From Octopus sinensis (taxonomy: Eukaryota): 52,429 nt of DNA. How positions within the stretch are numbered: the first letter of the stretch is position 1; each line of letters starts with the position of its first letter. The DNA lies in NCBI RefSeq assembly GCF_006345805.1, contig NW_021833952.1, forward strand, positions 1 to 52,429, given 5' to 3'. The notes under the pieces are model-generated. The model saw only the letters and a program-made list of their open reading frames with translations, was not told the DNA's origin and searched no databases. The translations under genes were made by a program, and so were the position numbers. Positions 12,989-25,594 of the stretch are shown here, one piece after another.

Positions 12989-13355
12989 GGTATTAGTTTG
13001 TACTTCAGTGTTCCAATTAGTGAGCTACGTAGATTCATAAGTTGTTTTAAGGATATCCCAGTGTGCCCAATGTAGTTTTCTACACGTACTCTTAAATGAG
13101 TATTGCAGAACAGATTTTTGCTGTACAGGGAAAATATGGCTGCTGAGAATTTAGATTTTGGTTGAATATGTGGAAGTAAACCAGGTGGAATAGGGAAGAG
13201 ATGAAAATATTTGTGATGAGGTTTCTATGTGGACCCTCAAGATATGAAGTGAATAGACATAAATGGTAGCAGAAGAACCAAGAGTGTGGATTATGGAAGG
13301 TTGCAAGTGTGTAATGGGAGAGCAAGACATGGTTAGTGATAGGGAATGGATAAAT

Positions 13356-13477
13356 ATAGATGTTTCCGATCTAGTTTGGATTCTTTGCCATCAAACTTGA
13401 TGGCAAAGAATTCAAATTTGATGGCAAATAATTCAAATTTGATGGCAAATAATTCAAACTAGATTGAAAACATCTAT
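13356..13477. repeat. Palindrome with ~39-bp arms and an internal 21-bp triplication
   Basis: Left arm 13356-13394; units TTGATGGCAAA(G/T)AATTCAAA(T/C) at 13397, 13418 and 13439. Confidence 0.9.
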
Positions 13478-13846
13478 GTAAGGAAAAACACATGATGAAT
13501 AGAAGTGGAGGTACAGAAGAGTAGATGATAACTGTAGAGATTAGATATGACTGAAGTTTAGATTTAGCAGATTAGGTGTAGGGCTTGACCAATGATGCAT
13601 GGGGGTGAATAGGAGCAGAGTAGTAAAGATGGTACAGTAGAAAAACAAAGGATGAAAGAGAGAGATAAAGATGTTGATGATGATGATGATACATGAGTGT
13701 GGGGGGAAAGGTGGACATAACATAGTGCATGGGGAGAGGGAGAAGCCTAGGATGGCAAAGGGGAGAGCATTTGGTTTTTCTAGGGAGGAAGTCAATGTCT
13801 ATCAATCTTCTCTCTCTCTCTCTCCTCTCTCTCTCTATATATATAT

Positions 13847-13902
<56 letters not shown>

Positions 13903-13974
13903 GTATGTATAAATATATATATATAGATATCTGTATGTGTATGCATATGCGTGTACAGATATATCTATCTATCC

Positions 13975-14008
<34 letters not shown>

Positions 14009-14147
14009 TTATCTATATATATATATATATAATCAGCTCTACTGTATGTATTGACACGTGTGCCATTTATTCATCCCTACATATATAGTGTTATGTATGC
14101 ATGTATATATGCATATATGTGTGTGTACGCATGCATATGTGTATGTT

Positions 14148-14189
<42 letters not shown>

Positions 14190-15432
14190 CACATATGTAC
14201 ACTCATACGTAGGCATATATATACATAAATCTATCGTTAACAATAGCATTAATTTGAACAAGCCAAAATGTAATAGATGCTAACAAAGAATACAAAATCT
14301 TGTATGCGCAATAATGGTAGTATATAAGAGAGATTTGGTTTGGAGACAAAGAACGTATATCCAATAGATCTGTCTGGTTCCAAAATCTGTGAGAGGACAA
14401 AATGATTGGTCAGTATGCTTGGAATAAAAACCTTACTTCGTCCATGTCATGGAATATACCATTATTACTCCTTTGCTTATCTATTCATATAATCATTTTC
14501 ATATGAACCTCTTCATTTGTGTATGTATGTGTGAATCTATATGCATCTATATACAGTGACACACAAATATATATGCATGTATATGTATGTGTGTATGTGT
14601 ACATGTGTGTGTATATATAAATATATGTGTGTGTGTGTGTGTGTACATAAGTATACACACACACACATATATAGAGAGATATCCATAAGCATTCACACGC
14701 ACATATATATGCATTTATACTTGCATACATACATATATACATTGATATATATATGTATATGCATGTATGTGTGTATATATATATGCATATGCACATATAT
14801 ATATGTACATGCATGTATACATACATATATATACATACACATAACCATGCACACACACACGCCTGCTTATACATACATACATGCATACATATATATGTAC
14901 TCATATATGTGTGTGTGCATGCATATATGTATACATATATGCACGTGTGTGGTGGGGTGTATGCATATATGTATATAAATATGCATATGTGTGTGCATAT
15001 ACATACTTAAATATATATATATATATATATATATTGGTATATGTATATGTATGTATAAAGAGAAAGAGAGAGAGAGGGGGATTGAGAGATGTATACATCT
15101 TAGATGGATCCATATTATTAAAGTATTGTTTTACATACAGGTGCTCTTCCTATCACTAAAATTTCACCTGTTTTACAAGTAAAAGAATTTCCATTCCACT
15201 TGCATTCAAAAGCCCATAGCTTGAGGACAAGTTGATGACATGGAATGCCAGCATATATCACTCTCTTTGGTGCAGTGGGTTTTCATGCAAAGAACAGAAT
15301 ACAAATATTCACACAGGTACACACATACTTGCACACAATTGTTTGCTGATTTACATACGTACATGTATGCACTTATATATACACCCACCCACCTGCACAC
15401 ACACACACACCACACACACACACATGTATATT

Positions 15433-15588
15433 TGACAGGCTTCTGCACAGTTTCTCTCTGACAAATTCACTACAAGTCATTGGTTAACTTGAGACTAGAA
15501 CCATTTACCAAAAGGGCTACTCAGTAGGACTGGTTTCAAAACCCTGTAATTTAGATGTGAACTTCATTAATCACACAACCATCCATAT
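15433..15588 (-). mobile_element. SINE family A 5' half, highly diverged
   Basis: ACAGGCTTCTGCACAGTTTC...AAATTCACTACAAG resembles other minus-strand A heads. Confidence 0.5.
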
Positions 15589-15611
15589 TTATATTGGTAT
15601 ATGCATATACG

Positions 15612-15868
15612 GAGAGGTGCGTGGCTTAGTGGTTAGGGTGTCATCATCATGGCCATAAGATTGTGGTTTCGATTCCCGGACCGGGCGACACGTTGTGTTC
15701 TTGAGCAAAACACTTCATTTCACGTAGCTCCAGTCCACTCAGCTGGCAAAAATGAATAACGATGCGATGGACTGGCGTCCTGTCCAGCTGGGGAACTCAT
15801 ATGCCATTGAAACTGGGAAACCAAGCCCAAGAGCCTGGCTAGGCTTTAACAGGACACATTTATCTATT
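15612..15868 (+). mobile_element. tRNA-headed SINE with B-like 5' part and V-domain-like middle
   Basis: GTGGCTTAGTGGTTAGG / GGTTTCGATTCCC; GTGTTCTTGAGCAAAACACTT; TGCGATGGACTGGCGTCCTGTCCAG. Confidence 0.8.
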
Positions 15869-16219
15869 ATTTTATTATATGCATACACATACACAGGTAC
15901 AAACTGTCATTCTCATACACATACATCTACAAACACACATGCACATATGTACACTTGCACACACACACACACACACACACACGTTTTATTAGAACTGCTT
16001 ACAAAAAATTCAACTGGAGGTAGTTTTCACAGTTATTAGTAACAATAGGCATCCATATTGTGGTGGATTTCTGAAATTTCTAGGTGTGGCCACAGATCAT
16101 TTACTTGGTGTTCGATGTCCATATAACCCCCCCCCCCCTGCATTTATCCAGCTTTTGAAATGTTTCCTGAAATCACCCTCTTTTATCTTTACCCAATAAA
16201 CTTCAAAAGGGGGGGGTCT

Positions 16220-16249
<30 letters not shown>

Positions 16250-16254
<5 letters not shown>

Positions 16255-16545
16255 AGGATTATGTGATCAACCAACTATTGGCTGCTGATATACTCCACTA
16301 GTCACAATGCGCTGTGCATTGTTTTAGCTTTTGAATGGGGCCACTCTGCTAGCTAGGTGAGCAGGTTAACATTCCCTCTCACCGAAAGGATAATCCATTG
16401 TAGGGTTAACCATTTGCAGCTGAGTAGATTGAAGCAAGAAGAAATCAATGTTTTGTTCAAGAGCACAATTCATCACTCCGTGTCGGAATTGAACCCAAGA
16501 ATTCATGGTTGTGAAGGAAATTTCTTGACATTTTGTCAGTAGCAT
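16250..16545 (-). mobile_element. SINE family E (diverged, B-like head)
   Basis: Tail aligns with 33513-33635 and 48868-48987; reverse-complement B box at ~16485-16495. Confidence 0.6.
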
Positions 16546-16794
16546 TCTCACTACTGTGGAGTGCATGGCTTAGTGGGGTTAGGGTGTTAGACTAACGAGT
16601 AGAAGATTGTGGCTTTGATTCCTGGACCATTAGTTTGAAAAAATGAGATATACAGTGAAGGAGCATCAGGCTTGGAAAGCCAGCAATGAATGATGGAGCT
16701 GCTTAAAGAATAAAGAGAAGGGAATTTCAGAGCAGACAGGCTATAGGCCTATCCTGCATTGAATATTACCTATATGCATACTACCAAAAAATAT

Positions 16795-16955
16795 CCAGTC
16801 CACACTGTAAAGTAGTTGGTATTCGGAAGGGCATCCAGTCATGAAAAGCATGTCAAAACATTCACTGAAGCCTGATGCAGTTTTCTACCTGACCAGCTCC
16901 TGTCAGACTATTCAACTCATGCCAGCATAGGAAGCATACATTAAACAATGAGGAT
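16795..16955 (+). mobile_element. RTE LINE 3' tail copy
   Basis: GGAAGGGCATCCAG...CATGCCAGCATAGGAAG...ATTAAACAATGAGGATGATG. Confidence 0.7.
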
Positions 16956-17004
16956 GATGATCTGTACATGTATATATATATATGTATATATATATGCCGA
17001 AATA

Positions 17005-17346
17005 GCAGTCAAAATCCTGACTCTAAGAACTACGTTAAATGTTAAATGTGTTTATGGGGTGTTTTTGGCGGGCAATTTAACTGGCCTTGTACATACGTGC
17101 ATATATATGTATGTATGGACGTTCGTATATGTAAGTATAACGTTTGTTCTGCATATATTTATTTGTATTTATGTGCCTATCTGATATATTCAACTGACAA
17201 GGCAAAGCTTATTTAAAGCAAAGCTAGGAACCCAGGATTTTGAATTATTCAGTAATATTTTTTGCTAGTCTATTTTGTCCCTCTGTCTAATCTCATGGTG
17301 CAATATGAACATTTAACGTGGTTCTTAGAGTCAGGGTTTTGACTGG
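17005..17346. mobile_element. MITE with ~37-bp TIRs and TA TSD (Tc1/mariner-type)
   Basis: CAGTCAAAA(T/C)CCTGACTCTAAGAAC(T/C)ACGTTAAATGTT inverted at both ends; TA at 17003-17004 and 17347-17348. Confidence 0.8.
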
Positions 17347-17492
17347 TACTTCAGTATGGTGGTGTCTCTCAGACACCCTTATTTTTAGTTGTAAAAATAT
17401 TATTACCTATGTATGGTATTTTTCCCATGCTGGCCACTTGATAATATCGATATCTAAATATCGATATTATCCTTATTTATAATTGAATATAG

Positions 17493-17540
<48 letters not shown>

Positions 17541-17541
17541 C

Positions 17542-17750
17542 TCTGTCTGGCACCTGTGTGGGTGGCACGTAAAAAGCACCCACTACACTCTCGGAGTGGT
17601 TGGCGTTAGGAAGGGCATCCAGCCGTAGAAACACTGCCAGATTTGGATGGGCCTGATGAAGCCTTCTGGCTTCACAGACCCCAGTAGAACCGTCCAACCC
17701 ATGCTAGCATGGAAACGGACGCTAAACGATGATGATGGTGATGATGATGA

Positions 17751-17755
<5 letters not shown>
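17542..17755 (+). mobile_element. RTE LINE 3' tail copy (young)
   Basis: Highly similar to 42355-42555. Confidence 0.9.
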
Positions 17756-17820
<65 letters not shown>

Positions 17821-17824
17821 TTAT

Positions 17825-18040
17825 AGTTAATTCAAACATGAAAACACAAAGAGAAAACACAACAACACAAGGACGTAGAACAAGTATAGTATTATTGGAC
17901 GCTCAGGAAAGAAGGAAAAAAGGAAGGCTTAACGTTTCGAGCAGAGCTCTTCGTCAGAAACATAGGGAAAGGAAAGATCCAAAAGAGGGAAGACGGAGGA
18001 AAAAAATCGCCAACGGTACACATGCAGTCACATTTTGAAT
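17825..18040 (-). mobile_element. Short ORF-less hammerhead-bearing module, family P1
   Basis: Inverted homologue of 46530-46745; bounded by (TA)n. Confidence 0.75.
17927..17961 (-). ncRNA. Minimal type I hammerhead ribozyme motif
   Basis: RNA GUUU-CUGACGA-A-GAGC(UCU)GCUC-GAAAC-GUU-AAGC: intact core with one extra A, palindromic ACGU helix III. Confidence 0.7.
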
Positions 18041-18085
18041 ATATATATATATATTCAAAATAAGCAACAAGGATATCCAGAGGTA

Positions 18086-18176
18086 ATGCAGTACGATCGT
18101 TTCAAGCAACTCCATTTAATAGAACAATGCAAGTTTTAAAATCAGTTTTAAAATGTAGAGCAATCTTCAGCTGCAT
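18086..18176 (-). ncRNA. Type I hammerhead-like motif with long helix II
   Basis: AUGCAG-CUGAAGA...GAAAC-GAUC-GUA-CUGCAU; 6-bp helix I, palindromic helix III, but U-U at the base of helix II. Confidence 0.6.
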
Positions 18177-18448
18177 ACAAATATAGAATTTAGCTAAATT
18201 TAAAAGATTCATTTTTATAGTTATTCCATTAACCAAAATCACAAAGAGGGTAAGTAGGTAGACAGAGAAACAAGTTTCATTAACAAAAACATTGTAGTAA
18301 CTGATATTTATATAGATAATACCATACTAAATTCCGGTGTCTTTAACTTAAGTACCTTATTCAACTGAATCTAAATTTTTACTGAACTTATATATATATA
18401 TAAAGAAAGAGATGACATGGAATAAATGTCTATCTAATGAACTTCATT

Positions 18449-18528
18449 AGCTTACAGCTGTTTCGACTATAAGATGTGGTGGTTCACAACTGAGTGCCTG
18501 AGTAACACTTAGCAGTTTCATTAGAGCT
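18449..18528 (-). ncRNA. Degenerate type I hammerhead-like motif
   Basis: AGCU-CUAAUGA...C-GAAAC-AGCU-GUA-AGCU; G5-to-A change in the core. Confidence 0.45.
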
Positions 18529-18566
18529 TCAAATATCAGAATTCCAATTTAGGGAAATAGTCACAC

Positions 18567-18710
18567 ATGGCATGGCTGTGTGGTTAGGGAGCTTGCTTCC
18601 TAGCTACATGGTTTCGGGTTCAGTCCCACAGCATGACACTTTGGGCGGGTGTCTTCTACTATAGCCTCGAGCTGACTGAAGCTTTGTGATTGAATTCGGT
18701 AGGCGAAAGT
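18567..18710 (+). mobile_element. SINE family A, 5' half
   Basis: ATGGCTGTGTGGTTAGG...GGGTTCAGTCCC...GTGTCTTCTACTATAGCCTCG. Confidence 0.85.
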
Positions 18711-19603
18711 TACTGCCGTGCGTGTAGGTGCTCAGTGCCTCTCCGAAAGAGAGAGAGGGATATACATACATATATAAAATTAGGTATATAAAATTAAAGT
18801 TAGGTATATTGTGAGCAAAGCTGTAATGTTTTGTTGAACAACATCTTCTGGGGCGAAATTCTTTACATCAAGATACTTGCCAAATTGAAATTTGAAATTA
18901 ATATTGCATCAAATATAATTAGGTCTCTTTCAATTACCTAGTGCTAAAATATAGGATGATCATGAATAGAATACTTTTCTTTATACCTCTGTGCTTAATC
19001 ACAGCAATCCTAGGGCTAAAAAAATAGTAACTCCTTTTATCTGAAATATATTTCACTCCAGTTTTTCTTTTTCTTTTTAAAGAATATCCTTTTTTTTTTC
19101 TCTCACATCATTCTCATATTTCTTTATTATTTATTGATTATTTTATCCTCTTCATTTATTTTTGGTATGAGTATTTACTTAATTAATTTGCTATCCATAA
19201 TTATCCTTAATTAATTTGCTATGATTAGTTTTTAACTATTTCAAGTGAAATCACATTGGCGATGTTTCTTTTTCAGATGGAATTCACATCATCAAAATAA
19301 CATCTCAATGTTTTGCCAAATGCTAAAGAAAATGAAACTAATTTCATTGTTTTCAATCTTTGATCATTTTCTGATCAGTTATTATAGATTTTGTCCTGAT
19401 ACAAGGAGGAAATTAAGCACAACCTTTGATTTTCTTGGACGAGGCAGACATTTTTGGCAGGCAAAAAATAGAAAAGAAATCTTTGTTTTGCTCTTTTAAT
19501 ATTGCAATGATGTCATTCTCACTAATATAGTATATCCACTTTCCTATGCATGATCATTATCATCATTATCTCTTTCTTTCCTTACATATGTGTGTGTGTG
19601 TTT

Positions 19604-19648
<45 letters not shown>

Positions 19649-19884
19649 TGATGTTCACGCACACATAAAGACACATGCAGGCACACGTAAAACTAGGCGT
19701 CTTCTACCATAGTTTTGGGCTGATCAAATAATTGTGAGCGAATTTGTTGAAGAGAAACTGAAAGAAGCCCTTTATAGAGATTTGATATAAGTGATCCTTT
19801 ACTTGGAAAGGAAGGTAAGGTTTAGTGACCAGAAGAGCATCCAACTGTAAAATAAAGCCTATTCATTTATTCCATTCTAACATC

Positions 19885-21260
19885 ATCATCATTATCATCA
19901 TCATCATCATCGTTTAACGTTTGTTTTCCATGCTAGCATGGGTTGGACGGTTTGACCAGGGTCTGGGAAGCCAGGAGGCTGCACCAGGCTCCAGTCTGAT
20001 CTGGTGGTGTTTCTACAGCAGGATGCCCTTCCTAACACCAACAATGAAAACAATACATGAAAACGAAAACAAAATTGGATGTCAAAAATGGATCCAAGAC
20101 TGGGCCTTAATAGATATCTTTCGTCATGCTGAATTTGTCCCAGAAATTTTTGAGTCTCGTTTTACTTACTAACATATATTATATGCCACTGACTACACTG
20201 AGTTTCCTTAGGGGTTACCAAATTATTGAACATGGTACCTTGTCAAACACTGTCTCCAAATCAACAAATTCCAGGAATAGTGGTTTACCCATCACCATGT
20301 ATGTCTCCTGCAGTTGTCTTAGTAGGAACATTGCATCTGAAGTACCTTGTCCATGTACAAAGCCAAACTGTACTTTATCTGTGGCTAATCTATCATAATT
20401 CAATTGTCCAAAGATGTTTTCTGCAATCTTCATTACCTTCTCCAGTTGTTTCACTTCTCAATAAGTTCCTCTCTCTCCTTTGTTTTGGTAGAAGTTTACA
20501 GAGAAGCTACCATGCCAGCCATTGAATATGGCACCTTCCTGTATGATTGTAGTTGTGATACCTGTGCCGGTGGCACGTAAAAAGCACCAGCCATACGTGG
20601 CCAATGCCAGCGCCACTTTAACTGGCTTCCATGCCGGTGGCACGTAAAGAGTACCAACTGATCGTGGTCGTTGCCAGCCTCCCCTGGCACCTGTGCCAGT
20701 GGCAAGTAAAAAACACCCACTACACTCATGGAGTGGTTGGCATTAGGAAGAGCATTCAGCTGTAGAAACACTGCCAGATCAGACTGGAGCCTGGTGCAGC
20801 CTCCTGGTTTCCCAGACCCCAGTCGAACCGTCCAACCCATGCTAGCATGGAAAACGGACGTTAAACGACAATGATGATGATGTAGTAATCATGTACTTTA
20901 ACTCACTAGATGTTTTGAGCATCCCTGTGATTATCCCTGAGGAACCACAGCGACCCTTCCTTTCATGTTCTTGATTGTTTTATCAACTACACTTCTATCA
21001 ACTTCAATTTCTGCTTCCTTTTTAGGGTTATTATGAGATAGCCCTTCTTTATCCTATGAATTGTTAACATTCAGTGGACCTTCATAATAGCACTTCCATG
21101 TCACTTTCTTACCTTACATATTCAGGAAGAGTAAGTCTTCATCATTCCAAAAACAATCTTCTCACTGAAAATATCTTGGTTCTCTCTCACACTCTGCCTC
21201 ACAGTCCTCGACATCTCATACTTCTGATCCTTGTGCTGCAGGATATGACCATATATAAAT
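19885..21260 (-). mobile_element. Old RTE-clade LINE (linker + RT fragments + 3' tail), interrupted at 20560-20882
   Basis: VRENQDIFSEK...VVDKTIKNMK (21260-20900); IIQEGAIFNGW...QFGFVHGQGTSDAMFLLRQLQETY...FVDLETVFDKVP (20560-20175); tail copy at 19885-20045 (its membership in the same element is inferred). Confidence 0.8.
20560..20882 (+). mobile_element. Younger RTE 3'UTR copy nested antisense in the old RTE
   Basis: Three GTGCC-N3-GGCA(C/A) subrepeats, GGAAGAGCATTCAGCTGTAG, (GAT)n tail. Confidence 0.9.
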
Positions 21261-21438
21261 ACATATATACACATATTAGCACACTGATGTAAAACCAGAC
21301 TGAGAGAAGAGTACTTGAATATAAGAGATAGAATAAAATATATATATATATACACGTCACTAGAGTGACTAAGGGTGCTATTTAGCATCACCCATATTGT
21401 TAGAAATAAGAGTCAAAACAACTCTTATTTCTAGTAAT

Positions 21439-21469
<31 letters not shown>

Positions 21470-21580
21470 ATTTAATTTTAAATTTAAAATAAGGGTGAGA
21501 AATTAGATATTAATTTAATTAATATCGATTTCACACCAGTGGTCTAGCATAAAAAAACTGAAGGTTCAGTAAAACTGTAT

Positions 21581-21752
21581 TATATATACATTAGAGGGAA
21601 ACCACTATGTGGACACCTTTATACAAAAAATAGATCCGCTACAGTCCTACCACTAAGAAATGTTCTCAAGAACATTTCTTGGTGGTTGGAACGTAGCAAG
21701 TCTATTTCTAGCATATGGGTGTCCACATAGTGGTTTCCCTCTGATATATATA
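21581..21752. repeat. Fold-back with ~85-bp arms and 2-nt loop
   Basis: AGAGGGAAACCACTATGTGGACACC...AAGAAATGTTCT-CA-AGAACATTTCTT...GGTGTCCACATAGTGGTTTCCCTCT; (TA)n flanks. Confidence 0.88.
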
Positions 21753-22156
21753 TATAACAGAGTAGCATGTATACCCATGAAAGAAGATAAAATTTGCATA
21801 CTTTTTTAAACTATTTCCTAATTAAAAAATATATATTTAATCAACATATTCAACTCCAATGACTGACCATTTTTCATTTATCTAAATTAATTCCTACCTA
21901 ACTTAATTAATACAGGTTTATAAAATCTGCAAGTGAAATATTAAAAAATTTTCTCTCTGAAATATGTATCATTCTATTAGCAGTAGCCATCCACCTTCTT
22001 GAAAATTAAAATTTTAAAATTCTATGCCACTACCACAACTTTAAAAAAAATCGTCAGAAGAGAAGACATTGCTTATGATTCTGTTCAAGACCTCCAATAT
22101 AGGAAAGAGGGGGGAAAAGAACCCCAAAACCAGAGACAGGCCCCAAAACAGTGAAT

Positions 22157-22370
22157 ACCTATTTCTTTATTACCCACAAGGGGCTAAACATAGAGGGAAC
22201 AAACAAGGACAGACATAGGTATTAAGTCGATTACATCGACCCCAGTGCGTAACTGGTACTTATTTAATCGACCCCGAAAGGATGAATGAAAGGATGTTGG
22301 GGGGACAAACACAGACACACGAACACACAAACACACATATATATATATATACATATATACGACGGGCTTC
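22157..22370 (-). mobile_element. SINE C 3' part abutting a SINE A middle fragment
   Basis: AATACCTATTTCTTTATTACCCAC...GAAAGGATGAA, then GGGGGACAAACACAGAC...GACGGGCTTC. Confidence 0.75.
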
Positions 22371-22663
22371 ATGAAAATAAATAATATTTATTCCTATTTT
22401 AGTTGTTAAATGAATTAATGAAAACAAAAATATTATTGATATTCATACTTCAGCTTCATGAAAGACCATAAAAGTGTCACTTGCACATCTTAGCACCATA
22501 TAAGGGATTTCGGGTTACTTTCATCACCTTCACATTCTATATCTGTGGAAAGTTTTACAATTTAGTGTTTGCGACAAATAGACAGAACCACACACACACA
22601 TATACATACACACACACAAACATATACACACACACACACACATACACATATATATATGCATAT

Positions 22664-22696
<33 letters not shown>

Positions 22697-23299
22697 CATT
22701 CATGTGGCTATAGAATTGCACAGATTTTTATATATTTATAAGGACATATCTATGTACATTTGCATATACAGACACCAATGCACACAAGTGCACACATACA
22801 TAAACAAAACAGAAACTGCAACACAAACACATGTTGTTCTATATGACAACCAATAGGAACAGTAGCAAGGAGGTTCTTCAAGAAAGGGTTGGATTTTTGC
22901 ATTTCTTATGTTGTCCCTAACTAATATAAATATATTTCAAAAACTATTTCCAAGACACATGACAAGGTGTTAAGAAGATTGACACTTTATCAATCCTGAC
23001 CAGCTTACAACCACCACAGTTGATTTCTGAAAGAATGGTACAAATGCCAGGAATGACAAGTTATTGGCACCTAGAATCATGTAAGGAAGTACTTGATAAA
23101 TCAGAATGGAAATGGTCACACCTTCATTTCAAAACATCTTTGTATATTTTTGCGTGTTTACATGGAAGTATAAGGGTATATATTAGTGAATGGCTGTATG
23201 TGAGTTTGTACCTTCATACATAAAACAATACCTTCTGTCCCATATTCATACCTCAACACTTACATACAATGTACACACACGTACACACACATTTTTTTC

Positions 23300-23465
23300 T
23301 ATCTGTTATCCTTTATTTTGTTCCAATCACTGGACTGTGGCCATGCTAGGGCATATTTTAACTGTAGTACTTATTCTATTGGTCTCTTTTTGTCTAGCTA
23401 CTAAATAACTGGGATATAAACAAACCAAGATTGTTTAACAAGTGGTGACATAGACACAGCAGACA
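23300..23465 (-). mobile_element. SINE family A, 3' half (diverged)
   Basis: ACTGTGGCCATGCTAG...GTACTTATTCTATTGGTCTCTTTT. Confidence 0.7.
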
Positions 23466-23762
23466 CACATGCATACACACATGCATGCTTACATACAGAT
23501 GTGTGTGAGTGCATGTATCTGTGTGTGTGTGTGTGTGCAGGTCAAATTTACAGAAAAAGAGACAAATACAAATGGAGGAGCAACAAGCAGGTGTTTTAGT
23601 TTAACACTTGGGAAGAATGGAAAACTCATTGATATTTTGAGCATATGCTCTTCAACAGAAAGGACTCAGAGGAAAAATAAATAGAGAGAGAAGAACAAAG
23701 AACAAAGAGAGAAAAATGGTAGGGTTTAACAGCTGAACATGATAAATATATATATATATATA

Positions 23763-23998
23763 TCATCATCGTTTAACGTCCGTTCTCCATGCTAGCATGG
23801 GTTGGACGGTTCGACCGGGGATCTGGGAAGCCAGAAGGCTGCACCAGGCTCCGGTCTTATCTGGCAATGTTTCTACAGCTGGATGCCCTTCCTAATGCCA
23901 ACCACTCCGTGAGTGTAGTGGGTGCATTTTACGTGCCACTTGCACGGAAGCCAGTCGAGGCGGCACTGGCTTTGGCCACGATTCAGATGGTGCTTTTT

Positions 23999-24003
<5 letters not shown>
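23763..24003 (-). mobile_element. RTE LINE 3' tail copy
   Basis: CATCATCGTTTAACGTCCG...GGATGCCCTTCCTAATGCCAACCAC. Confidence 0.9.
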
Positions 24004-24045
<42 letters not shown>

Positions 24046-24099
24046 ATGTGTATTGTGTGTACACACACACGCACATACACACACACATATTGCAGGGTT

Positions 24100-24225
24100 C
24101 AGAAAATTTGAAGGAGTACTGCAATAAGTGTGTGAATCTGAGAGGGGAATATGTTGAATAAAATCATAATGAACTGATCCTCCTGTGTTTTCTTTTACTC
24201 AAAGCCAGGAACTTGTCAGCACTTA
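24100..24225 (+). mobile_element. Mariner 3' end fragment
   Basis: ENLKEYCNKCVNLRGEYVE*; homologous to 28200-28335. Confidence 0.7.
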
Positions 24226-24327
24226 CATACATGCATACGTGTGTGTATGTGTGTGTGCGTGCATTTATATGTATGTGTGTATGTATGTATGTATGTATGT
24301 ATGAATGTATGTATGTATATATGTATA

Positions 24328-24472
24328 TGATGGGCTTCTACGGCCTTTCTGTCAACTAAACTCAGTCACAAAGCATTGGTCGCTCTTGGTACTCAAGGTG
24401 CTACTCAATGAGATTGAACCTGAAACCACATGGTTGCAAAATGAACTTCTTAACCATACAGCCAAGCCTATA
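24328..24472 (-). mobile_element. SINE family A, 5' half (diverged)
   Basis: GATGGGCTTC...AACCACATGGTTGC...CCATACAGCC. Confidence 0.65.
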
Positions 24473-24912
24473 TTAATAAGCTATAGCAGACAAATAGGAT
24501 TACTTTCCCCTCACTTTTTCCTTATTCTAAAGTGCTTCAGATTTGAGTCAAGATTTTCTCTGAAATTGCAGGTTTATTTAGGTCCCTAATCTGTGACACT
24601 ATAATACGAATTTCTCTTTGTACATTTTAGCAGAAAAATATCAGCAGAGAAAATGTTAGGAAGCAGACTTATATGTGCAAGTACCCTTAATCAGTTTCCA
24701 TAATTCACTGAAAATTACCTTGGAGATATTAACTAATATGCATATATTTCATCAATATTTTAAGCCACACATTTATCTAATCTTTAGTTTTCAATTTATC
24801 GGAAATGAAAAATTTTCCATAAAATATAGGTAGGAGCTCTCGGAACTTTCTTCAGACTATTCCTATTCACACACATATATATATATTTGTGTGCGTGTGA
24901 TTTGTGTGTATA

Positions 24913-25511
24913 TATTTCTTTACTACCCACAAGGGACTAAACACAGAGTGGACAAACAAGGACAGACAAAGGGACAAAGTCGATTACAACGACCTCAGTG
25001 TGTAACAAGTACTTATTTAATCGACCCCGAAAGGATGAAAGGCAAAGTCGACCTCTACAGAATTTGAACTCAGAACGTAACGACAGACAAAATACCTATT
25101 TCTTTACTACCCACAAGGGACTAAACACAGAGAGGACAAACAAGGACAAACAAAGGGACAAAGTCGATTACAACGACCTCAGTGTGTAACAAGTACTTAT
25201 TTAATCGACCCCGAAAGGATAAAAGGCAAAGTCGACCTCTACGGAATTTGAACTCAGAACGTAACGACAGACGAAATACCTATTTCTTTACTACCCACAA
25301 GGGACTAAACATAGAGTGGACAAACAAGGACAGACAAAGGGACAAAGTCGATTACAACGACCTTAGTGTGTAACTGGTACTTAATTTATCGATCCCGAAA
25401 GGATGAAAGGCAAAGTCGACCTCGGCAGAATTTGAACTCAGAACGTAATGGCAGATGAAACACAGCTATGCATTTCGCCTGGCAGGCTAACGTTTCTGCC
25501 AGCTCACAGCC
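24913..25511 (-). mobile_element. SINE family C trimer (184-bp period, single head)
   Basis: Units start at 24913, 25097 and 25281; the two 63-aa ORFs are offset by exactly 184 nt. Confidence 0.92.
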
Positions 25512-25594
25512 TTCATTTTGCATGTATAAGTACACATATAAGCATAGGTAAACGTACATATACATACATATATATATACACACATATATTTATT

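Noticed and set aside
13040-13800. Purine-skewed stretch resembling an old LINE
   Set aside because: No diagnostic endonuclease or RT motif could be read in any frame
14225-14386. Minus-strand acceptor TTTTGTCCTCTCACAG with an open frame
   Set aside because: No credible donor, and no protein similarity recognised
17648-17665. CTGATGAAG in RTE tails (also at ~42460)
   Set aside because: No downstream helix II or GAAA, so not a hammerhead
24913-25511. Regularly spaced repeats resembling a CRISPR array
   Set aside because: The 184-bp units are whole SINE bodies, with no unique spacers and no cas genes
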